In this document: piece after piece, positions 56,832 to 64,000 of the stretch
Numbering within the stretch: position 1 is the stretch's first letter
How the letters are laid out: each line of letters begins with the position of its first letter
Assembly: GCA_047611425.1 (NCBI GenBank)
Contig: JBLFWJ010000001.1
Coordinates: 4,038-68,037 of the forward strand
Direction of reading: 5' to 3'
Length of the DNA: 64,000 nucleotides
Source of the DNA: Bacteroidia bacterium
Lineage (GTDB): Bacteria; Bacteroidota; Bacteroidia; UBA10329
Made by a program: the position numbers and the translations under genes
The notes under the pieces: model-generated
The model's input: the letters and a program-made list of their open reading frames with translations, nothing else
Told to the model about the DNA's origin: nothing
The model's database searches: none

Positions 56832-57764
56832 GTGAGACTTGACCAACCTATATCAGTAGAAGTTATTGCGAACCAATTGGGACGCGAATATCGTGGTGAC
56901 GGTTTTGTTAAAGGTATCAGTGAAATCCATTGCATTTCTGAAGGAGATCTTTCATTCGCAGATCATCCCAAGTACATCAAAATGGCATTGGCATCGGAGG
57001 CTAGTGTTCTGATTCTTAACGAATGGCCGAATGATCAAAATGGAAAGTCGGTTATTCTAAGCGATGATCCATTTGCGGATTTCGTAAAACTGATTCGACA
57101 TTTCCGACCGTTTGAAGCAAGTCTCGAATCGGTATCTCAGTCTTCAATTGTCGGCAAAAACACGGTAATTTCAAATGGAGTTACGGTTGGGAATAATGTG
57201 GTGATTGGCGATAGCTGTACTATTCATCCCTGTGTGACTATTTATGATCATTCAATAATTGGAGATAATGTGATTATCCATGCTGGTAGTGTGATTGGTT
57301 CGGATGCATTCTACTTTAATCGAAAGCTGGAAGGATACCGAAAATTGTATTCCTGTGGTCGAGTGATTATTGGAAATAACGTAGAAATTGGTGCCGGTTG
57401 TACAATTGACCGCGGTTCAACGGACGACACGGTTATTGGCTCGGGAACCAAAATGGACAATCAAGTTCATGTTGGGCACGACACCGTTATTGGTCAAAAT
57501 TGCCTGTTTGCCGCACAAGTTGGAATTGCTGGGGTCGTAACAATAGAAGATGATGTGATTCTCTGGGGTCAGGTTGGTGTTCAGAAAGACTTAACTATTG
57601 GAAAAGGGGCTGTCGTTCTTGGTCAATCTGGCATTGGGAAAGATCTACTTCCAAACACGACCTATTTCGGTTCTCCGGTACGGGAAGCGCGTACGAAAAT
57701 GAAGGAGCTCGCTCAGATCAAACGCTTACCCGAAATGATCCAGTATCTCAACAATGCGGGGTAG
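56832..57764 (+). CDS. lpxD: UDP-3-O-acylglucosamine N-acyltransferase LpxD
   Basis: LpxD N-terminal domain followed by left-handed beta-helix hexapeptide repeats (..IGDNVIIHAGSVIGSDAF.., ..IGNNVEIGAGCTIDRG..). Confidence 0.8.
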   Translation: MRLDQPISVEVIANQLGREYRGDGFVKGISEIHCISEGDLSFADHPKYIKMALASEASVLILNEWPNDQNGKSVILSDDPFADFVKLIRHFRPFEASLESVSQSSIVGKNTVISNGVTVGNNVVIGDSCTIHPCVTIYDHSIIGDNVIIHAGSVIGSDAFYFNRKLEGYRKLYSCGRVIIGNNVEIGAGCTIDRGSTDDTVIGSGTKMDNQVHVGHDTVIGQNCLFAAQVGIAGVVTIEDDVILWGQVGVQKDLTIGKGAVVLGQSGIGKDLLPNTTYFGSPVREARTKMKELAQIKRLPEMIQYLNNAG

Positions 57765-57901
57765 TCACTCGTAGATTCAGCTACATAACACCCAGTTTGT
57801 CTTCTGTATGGTCGATTTGGTCTAATTCCTGAGAATACATTGAGGTCTGCTAATATCTTTAGTGCCCTATTAACAATAAGTCACAATCGCATCCCCAACA
57901 A

Positions 57902-59158
57902 GTGGCCAGTATAAGCAAAGATAAAAACGAGAAAATCATTCTTGAGACGCTACGGATAGCCAACTCGGCTCTGAAGCTCAAGAATTTAAAGCTCAATTCG
58001 TTGTTGGAAATTACCAATGCGATTAACAACAACTTCTCACGAGAGCAGTTACTGAAGATCTTTGAGTTTGTACTGCGCAGTCAGCTGAATATAGGCAGGC
58101 TGCTTTTTTATATCAAAGATGACGGTTGGAACAGGTCCATGGCGTACGGGTTAGATCCGATGTGCAAGGATCCTGAGTTGGATGATTTATTGAAGATTAA
58201 TCAGCTTACTGAAGTTCGGAACAAACGTGACAAGTTATTTGGGCAGTTTGAAGTTGTTATTCCGGTCACTCATAAGAATGATCCAATCGCATACCTTTTA
58301 GTCGGAGATATAAAGGAGGATTTGATTGAAAATGCAAAGACTCGACATATCCCGTTTATTCAGACACTGTCGAATATTATTACCGTTTCAATTGAGAACA
58401 AGAGATTGGCAAGAGAAAATCTTGTTCAGGCTGCTACAACTCGTGAAATGGAACTTGCTTCAGAAATGCAGAATATGCTTTTCCCTAGCAAATTACCGAA
58501 GAACGATCGAATTGAAATTGATGCTTATTATCAACCGCATCAACAAATTGGAGGAGATTACTACGACTTTATTAGGCTGAGCGATAATGAGATTGCCTTC
58601 TGTATGGCAGATGTCTCAGGGAAAGGAGTTTCAGCTGCGCTGCTGATGTCGAATTTTCAAGCAAACTTGAGAGCGTTGTTCAACCATGAAGTAACGCTGA
58701 CTGACCTAGTTCAAGAGCTTAATAGAAAAGTGATTAGCAATGCGATGGGTGAGAAATTCATCACCGTTTTCATTGCGAAATACAACATGGTTACTCGAGT
58801 GTTGCAGTACATAAACGCTGGTCAGAATCCACCAATACTATTAAGTGGAGATACTACAAGTCGTCTTTCTGTAGGCTGCCCTGGATTGGGAATGTTAGAT
58901 GAACTGCCTACTATCCGTGAGGGGATCATCAATATAGAGAAGGATGCGGTTATCCATTGCTATACCGATGGTGTAACCGAATTGGAAAATAGTCGTGAGC
59001 GTGAGTTTGGCATGAGTCGATTGGAGTTGCTGCTGCTTCAGAATCAAAATGCAGGAGCTGAGGAAATTAACGAAACGATTATGCATCAACTTCGACAGCA
59101 TAAAGGAAGTATGCCTTATGTAGATGATATCGCACTTTTCACAGTGCGTGTATTCTGA
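57902..59158 (+). CDS. PP2C/SpoIIE-family Ser/Thr phosphatase with N-terminal GAF-like sensor domain (RsbU-type partner-switch phosphatase)
   Basis: C-terminal PP2C motifs (GGDYYDF, DVSGKGVSAALLMS, CYTDGVTE). N-terminal roughly 190 aa GAF-like. GTG start. Confidence 0.7.
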   Translation: MASISKDKNEKIILETLRIANSALKLKNLKLNSLLEITNAINNNFSREQLLKIFEFVLRSQLNIGRLLFYIKDDGWNRSMAYGLDPMCKDPELDDLLKINQLTEVRNKRDKLFGQFEVVIPVTHKNDPIAYLLVGDIKEDLIENAKTRHIPFIQTLSNIITVSIENKRLARENLVQAATTREMELASEMQNMLFPSKLPKNDRIEIDAYYQPHQQIGGDYYDFIRLSDNEIAFCMADVSGKGVSAALLMSNFQANLRALFNHEVTLTDLVQELNRKVISNAMGEKFITVFIAKYNMVTRVLQYINAGQNPPILLSGDTTSRLSVGCPGLGMLDELPTIREGIINIEKDAVIHCYTDGVTELENSREREFGMSRLELLLLQNQNAGAEEINETIMHQLRQHKGSMPYVDDIALFTVRVF

Positions 59159-59177
59159 TCTCGATTTAGCCTCTTAG

Positions 59178-60587
59178 TCATTTCTTCAACTTCAGAAGTA
59201 CCACATTTTCCACGTGGTGTGTATGTGGAAACATGTCAACGGGTCTGATTCTGGCTACATCGTAATTTTCTGAAAGCAAGTTCAAATCTCTGGCCTGTGT
59301 AGCTGGATTACAGCTTACGTAGACAATTTTTTCAGGCTTCAATTCGTTCAGTCGGTCAATTACATTCTGGTGCATTCCCGCTCGCGGAGGATCGGTAATT
59401 ACCACATCTGGGTGCCCTTCCTTTGCAATCAATTCAGGACTGAAAACATCTTTCATGTCTCCAGCATAGAAGTGAGCGTGTCCGACTCCGTTGAATTCTG
59501 CATTGATCTTCGCATCTTCAATAGCTGCTTCAACGTATTCTATACCAACAACCTTTGCGGCCTGTTTGGCAACGAAAAGTGCAATTGTACCAGTTCCGGT
59601 GTAGAGGTCGTAGACAGTTTCGGTTCCTTGTAAGTCGGCAAACTCCCGAGTTACCTTGTACAGTTCGTAAGCTTGAAGTCCGTTGGTTTGGAAAAACGAC
59701 TTGGGCCCAATTCTGAACTTCAAATCTTCCATTGATTCCAAGATGTGATTGGAACCATGATACAAGTCCATTTCCTGATCATGCAACGAATCGTTTTGCT
59801 TGGTGTTTATCACCAAAAACACAGATTTCAATTCAGGAAATTCTGAGATTAGACTGTCCAAAATAACTGTGCCTGCTTTATAATTATCCTCACCAAGAAC
59901 TAGAATGAGCATCCAATCACCTTGGGTCGTATTTCTCAATACAAGCCCACGTAGGAGGCCTTTTTGAGCGTACAGATCGTAATAAGAAAAGTCGTGCTCC
60001 TTGGCTAGGTCACGAACTCGATTTCTAATTGCATTGCTAGGATCTGGTTGCAAATGACATTCGTGTACATCCAAGACCTTGTCCCATCTACCCGGAACAT
60101 GAAAACCAAGAGCCGGTTCATTCACGATTTCAACCTCGGAATCAACTTCTTCTTTTGTCATCCAACGTTTATGCGAAAAACTGAAATCAAGTTTGTTCCG
60201 ATAGTTATAGATTGGGTCTGAACCCATAATTGGCTCCATCGTTCCTAGCTCAACTTTACCAATTCGTTGCATGGCATCGGTAACCTGTTGCTGCTTGAAT
60301 TCAAGCTGCTTTTCGTAATCCAAGTGTTGCCATTTGCACCCGCCACAAACTCCGAAATAGCTGCACTTGGCGTTTTTTCTGAGTTCCGATGGTTCATGCA
60401 AATGATAGAGTTTAGCTTGCCAATAACTCTTTCGTTTTCTGGTTACCAGAATGTCGCAAACATCTCCCGGTACCGCACCCTCAACAAAAACAACCATTTC
60501 GTTGATGTATGCAATCGACTTGCCTTCTGCGGCATACTTCTCAATTCGAACGTCCCTCTGAAGCTTATCTCTTTTCCTTTTTCCCAC
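59178..60587 (-). CDS. rlmD: 23S rRNA (uracil-C5)-methyltransferase RlmD/RumA family
   Basis: TRAM domain, 4Fe-4S Cys cluster (CSYFGVCGGCKWQH), SAM-MTase motifs (DLYTGTGTIALFVA, nucleophile Cys in SCNP). Confidence 0.78.
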   Translation of the reverse strand: MGKRKRDKLQRDVRIEKYAAEGKSIAYINEMVVFVEGAVPGDVCDILVTRKRKSYWQAKLYHLHEPSELRKNAKCSYFGVCGGCKWQHLDYEKQLEFKQQQVTDAMQRIGKVELGTMEPIMGSDPIYNYRNKLDFSFSHKRWMTKEEVDSEVEIVNEPALGFHVPGRWDKVLDVHECHLQPDPSNAIRNRVRDLAKEHDFSYYDLYAQKGLLRGLVLRNTTQGDWMLILVLGEDNYKAGTVILDSLISEFPELKSVFLVINTKQNDSLHDQEMDLYHGSNHILESMEDLKFRIGPKSFFQTNGLQAYELYKVTREFADLQGTETVYDLYTGTGTIALFVAKQAAKVVGIEYVEAAIEDAKINAEFNGVGHAHFYAGDMKDVFSPELIAKEGHPDVVITDPPRAGMHQNVIDRLNELKPEKIVYVSCNPATQARDLNLLSENYDVARIRPVDMFPHTHHVENVVLLKLKK

Positions 60588-60600
60588 GTTTCTCTGTTCT

Positions 60601-60945
60601 TTAAAGCATGTTCAAATTGCAATATGTGGATTTCTCAAACTCCTGCACATTGACAGAAATTACAGCGATCCACGGATAATCTTCATTAAGTCTGCTTACA
60701 AGTGCGTTGGATAAAGAAGCCCTCTGTTCATTCGTTCGGCCACCCATAATATTCGAGAATACATGAATGAAGTGACCCGATTTTCCAGCAACCAATGAAT
60801 CTTGATAAGGTTTAATGCGCACTTTGATGTTGGCTGTATCGAACAGTTTGCTTTCCACGGCAACTTCATGAACCGAATTCATGAGTTCGCTTGAATCTAC
60901 TTTGGAATAAGCAGCTTGGTCAATATCTATGATAAAATGAGGCAT
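60601..60945 (-). CDS. 5-carboxymethyl-2-hydroxymuconate isomerase (CHMI)-family tautomerase
   Basis: Starts MPHFIIDI... (catalytic Pro1 after Met). Length and pattern match CHMI/HpaF-like tautomerases. Confidence 0.55.
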   Translation of the reverse strand: MPHFIIDIDQAAYSKVDSSELMNSVHEVAVESKLFDTANIKVRIKPYQDSLVAGKSGHFIHVFSNIMGGRTNEQRASLSNALVSRLNEDYPWIAVISVNVQEFEKSTYCNLNML

Positions 60946-60989
60946 TCTAAATGCTGATTTCTTGAGTGACAAAAGTGATCAAATCCTAA

Positions 60990-62093
60990 TCAATCAGCCT
61001 TGGTCAGCATTGCACTTATAGCATAATGATCACTTAGGTCGTGATGATGCACGGTGTGATTGGTTGCCGTGTATTCATCCGAATAGAAAATGTTGTCTAT
61101 ACGAAGGAATGGAACCATTCCAGCATATGTGTTGCCAATGCCAGTACCGGATTCCACAAAGCTGTTTTTCAAACCTTTAGATACTGTCTCGTATGCAAAC
61201 GATATTGGCCCGTCATTAAGGTCGGTACACATGATTACGGGGTAGGGGCTTAAAGAAATATGCTCCGCCATTAACTCAGATTGCTCAGCTCGTTTGACCC
61301 ACGCATCATGCATTCGCTCTAAAAGCATTCTGCTTTTCTTCAAGTCTTCCAATTCTGATTTCTCCAGAATATCCTCCATCAATTTGTAGTCGTCATGTCC
61401 AAACCGAACGGACTGAAGATGAAGATTGTAGATTCTAGTTGTGTCTTGATTAATAATCACATCCGTGTAAATTCCGAGGTTTCCATACGTCCCCTTAAAA
61501 TTGATTCGGCCCTTGCCAACAATTGGGTATTTGGTGAGTGTAGCCATTCCCCATTGCCTTTCATCAGAAATGCTGAAGTAATTCTCTAGATGCATGTGCT
61601 TGATCTTATTCAATTCTGAAAGCGTATCAAGCGTAGGGAAGTAACCCGTGTTGTCGTGGTAGAACTCTTGGATACAGAGTATATCTGGCTCTTGTGCTTT
61701 CAAAAACTCGTAGATCCAATCTCGGGTTTGACCAACTCTCGACCAGTTGTAGTAGTCGAAGAGACGCACATTGTAGCTCATTACTGAGATAGAGTTTTCG
61801 GACTTCTCTCCTTTAATATTGATCTGGAATGTTCTGGATAAACTTGTCCAAACAATTAATAGCGTGAGTATTCCCAAGATGGAGAATTTAGATTTGCTGA
61901 TGATCCAATAGACGAGGATAATCAACGCTAGAATAACGAGAACCGGAAATACAATTCCGAAAAATGGAAGGATTCCAAATTGATCTGGATGGAAGTATCT
62001 TGAGAAATGACTGGCTAATGTGGCTAGAAGAATGAGTCCGCCAATAGGGTAGGAGAGCTTCAACAGCCATGGGCGTATTCTCGGTTCGCTCAT
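60990..62093 (-). CDS. Endonuclease/exonuclease/phosphatase (EEP) family protein with N-terminal TM helices
   Basis: Three N-terminal TM segments followed by EEP fold motifs (...ILCIQEF..., ...DLNDGP..., C-terminal ...SDHYAISA). Confidence 0.55.
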   Translation of the reverse strand: MSEPRIRPWLLKLSYPIGGLILLATLASHFSRYFHPDQFGILPFFGIVFPVLVILALIILVYWIISKSKFSILGILTLLIVWTSLSRTFQINIKGEKSENSISVMSYNVRLFDYYNWSRVGQTRDWIYEFLKAQEPDILCIQEFYHDNTGYFPTLDTLSELNKIKHMHLENYFSISDERQWGMATLTKYPIVGKGRINFKGTYGNLGIYTDVIINQDTTRIYNLHLQSVRFGHDDYKLMEDILEKSELEDLKKSRMLLERMHDAWVKRAEQSELMAEHISLSPYPVIMCTDLNDGPISFAYETVSKGLKNSFVESGTGIGNTYAGMVPFLRIDNIFYSDEYTATNHTVHHHDLSDHYAISAMLTKAD

Positions 62094-62097
62094 GAAA

Positions 62098-62973
62098 TCA
62101 GATGTCCTTGCTTGCCTTGAACAAAAGCTCTTTTTCGCTTGCAGTCAAGCTTTCATATCCAGACTTCGAAATCTTATCAAGGATGGCATCAACCTCTTTC
62201 TGTTTGCTCACTTTACGCTCATTGAAATTGTCATCGGAACGAGTATCGCGATGAACCACCTTTATCTTACTCTTCGATTTGAATGCCTTTTTCAAATTGT
62301 CAACCCAGGAAAGAAAGTTGATTGAAGTATCCACTCCTCCTTTGATTTTGAATCCGTAAAACAGCCCGTATAATGCTCCGCCAAGATGGCCAATGTGACC
62401 ACCAGCATTCCCGCCTGGCAGAAAAACAAGGTCGATGGCTACAAAGAAACCCGCGATGTATTTCAACTTTATTGGGCCAATCAAAGCAAGCCGAACAACC
62501 TGATTTGGGACAAGAGCAGCGGCAGCCACAAGTATGGCCAAAATGCCAGCTGAAGCACCCAAGGCAATTCCGTTTATTCCATCAAATGCTGGAAAAATAT
62601 TCAACGCAAGTATGAACAGAACAGCCCCGCTTAGTCCTCCAAGAATGTACGTACTGAGCAATTGTTTGCTATTCAAATATCCAAGGAAAATCTGCCCTGA
62701 AAAGAATAGGGTTATCATGTTAAATAACAGATGAAGTGGGTCTGTGTGGGTGAAGATGTGGGTAATCAACGTCCAAGGTTTGAATACCAACGAACCCAGA
62801 TTTGATGGCAACTTGAGCCAAGAAAAAACGGTTTCGGCCAACTCGAATTGAAAAAGAAACCCGAGTAATTTCAGGACTACGAAAACCAGAAAGACGCCCC
62901 CATTCACATAGATGAGTTGCATCAACAGGTTCCCAGTTCGGAACTGATGCTTTATGTCATCAACAATGGACAT
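62098..62973 (-). CDS. Rhomboid family intramembrane serine protease (with C-terminal soluble extension)
   Basis: Catalytic GASAGILAIL (GxSG) and downstream His (IGHLGGALYG). 6-7 TM. Confidence 0.7.
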   Translation of the reverse strand: MSIVDDIKHQFRTGNLLMQLIYVNGGVFLVFVVLKLLGFLFQFELAETVFSWLKLPSNLGSLVFKPWTLITHIFTHTDPLHLLFNMITLFFSGQIFLGYLNSKQLLSTYILGGLSGAVLFILALNIFPAFDGINGIALGASAGILAILVAAAALVPNQVVRLALIGPIKLKYIAGFFVAIDLVFLPGGNAGGHIGHLGGALYGLFYGFKIKGGVDTSINFLSWVDNLKKAFKSKSKIKVVHRDTRSDDNFNERKVSKQKEVDAILDKISKSGYESLTASEKELLFKASKDI

Positions 62974-63714
62974 TTAGAATTGAGTTGGGCGCTTTTCCCA
63001 ATACTTAATCAGGATAAATCCGAATAGCATTCCACCCAGATGTGCGAAGTGGGCTACGTTATCACCAGGGTTGTTTTGAATTCCGGAATACAATTCAAAT
63101 GCCCCGTACAGGATAACGAAATACTTGGCTTTAATTGGGAATAAAAAGTACAAGAGAATCTCCGCATTTGGGAACATCATTCCAAAGGCAAGCAGAAGTC
63201 CAAATACAGCTCCAGACGCACCAACGGTTGGTGTGTTGAGAAGTACATTATACTTACCAAGACTCGCTTCAGAATAGTTTCTTCCTGATTCTAAAATCGC
63301 AAGACCTTCATCTTTGACCATTGCAAGATCTTCCATACTCATGTTCTGAGCAAGGTTGATGAGCTGAGCCTCGACAATTCCTAAGTGAATAAAGCCAGCA
63401 CCAAGTCCGGTAATCAAGTAATAGATTAAGAACCGCTTGCCGCCCCAAATATTTTCGATGTTGCTGCCAAACATCCAAAGGGCGAACATGTTGAACAGAA
63501 TGTGTGACATTCCGCCATGCATAAAGATGTATGAAACAAGTTGATGTGGCTTGAAATATTCCGATTGGAATACATGCAAGCCTAAGTACTTGACCAAGTC
63601 TATCCCAAATGAAGACTCCAAGGCTATCATGGCCAAAAAGAATAGGCCGTTGATGATAAGTAAGTTCTTCACCACCGGAGGAATCAATCCACCGGGTCTA
63701 ATCTGTTGACTCAT
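62974..63714 (-). CDS. Rhomboid family intramembrane serine protease (paralog)
   Basis: GASGAVFGLL (GxSG) and His (FAHLGGMLFG). Confidence 0.7.
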   Translation of the reverse strand: MSQQIRPGGLIPPVVKNLLIINGLFFLAMIALESSFGIDLVKYLGLHVFQSEYFKPHQLVSYIFMHGGMSHILFNMFALWMFGSNIENIWGGKRFLIYYLITGLGAGFIHLGIVEAQLINLAQNMSMEDLAMVKDEGLAILESGRNYSEASLGKYNVLLNTPTVGASGAVFGLLLAFGMMFPNAEILLYFLFPIKAKYFVILYGAFELYSGIQNNPGDNVAHFAHLGGMLFGFILIKYWEKRPTQF

Positions 63715-63720
63715 CTATTA

Positions 63721-64000
63721 TCAGCTTTTCTGTGACATTGCAGCCATAACCAGCCCAATATCTCTGAATGGTAACTTGTAAGTTTTGGCGAGATATTCGT
63801 TGGTCACATGACCATTGTAAACGTAAACCCCATTTCGGAATCCATCATTCCACTTGATCATATTTTCAATTCCACCAATTTCAGACATACTTAACAAGAG
63901 GGGGGAAAAAATGTTGCTCAACGCAATAGATGCAGTCTGAGCTACCCGTGAAGCAATGTTTGGCACACAGTAATGAACAACTCCGTATTCAACGAAAGTT
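63721..64000 (-). CDS. Alanine dehydrogenase/PNT-family NAD(P)-dependent dehydrogenase, C-terminal fragment (gene continues beyond window end)
   Basis: ...VHYCVPNIASRVAQTASIALSNIFSPLLL...GVYVYNGHVTNEYLAKTYKLPF aligns with the C-terminus of alanine dehydrogenase (YCVANMPGAVPRTST.ALTNAT.PY....GLSTHEGAL....A..LG.PF). The open frame continues to nt 64000. Confidence 0.55.
   Translation of the reverse strand, partial: TFVEYGVVHYCVPNIASRVAQTASIALSNIFSPLLLSMSEIGGIENMIKWNDGFRNGVYVYNGHVTNEYLAKTYKLPFRDIGLVMAAMSQKS

Overview
This is a Bacteroidota-type chromosomal segment: it carries T9SS C-terminal sorting domains, a GWxTD protein, TAnnTTTG-like promoter boxes and weak Shine-Dalgarno usage, at roughly 40% GC. 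From 5' to 3' it contains: (i) two FKBP isomerase genes; (ii) a minus-strand surface-polysaccharide module with a Wzy/O-antigen-ligase-like protein, two tandem Wzz-like chain-length determinants, a Wzx flippase and a divergent GT4 glycosyltransferase, followed by ybaB; (iii) the complete ribosomal superoperon rpsL-rpsG-fusA-rpsJ...rplQ, 33 genes including the short rpmD and rpmJ that fall below the ORF-track cutoff, with secY, infA and rpoA and a strong terminator after rplQ; (iv) an accessory patch with a frameshifted ankyrin-repeat gene, a GIY-YIG nuclease gene embedded in short direct repeats, an ABC-F ATPase, a ParD/ParE toxin-antitoxin pair, uvrA and an ECF sigma factor; (v) NUDIX, GWxTD, rmuC, an alpha/beta hydrolase, a holin-family protein and a GNAT gene; (vi) the most interesting locus, a minus-strand operon encoding a SiaB-family kinase, a SiaC-family (DUF1987) partner-switch phosphoprotein and a large periplasmic beta-propeller/Y_Y_Y sensor fused to a class III adenylate/guanylate cyclase. 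This is a Sia-like partner-switch module wired to a cAMP/cGMP cyclase instead of the canonical GGDEF enzyme, with a hairpin plus T-run between siaC and the cyclase; (vii) housekeeping and secreted-protein genes: SAM methyltransferase, ZIP transporter, peroxiredoxin, mazG, TPR, a GT39-like membrane protein, two T9SS cargo proteins (one CotH/LTD), SDR, HAD, two tandem paralogous small Cys-rich lipopeptides, efp, lpxD, a GAF-PP2C phosphatase, rlmD, a CHMI-like tautomerase, an EEP-family membrane protein, two tandem rhomboids and the C-terminus of an AlaDH/PNT-family dehydrogenase. No rRNA, tRNA or CRISPR was found.
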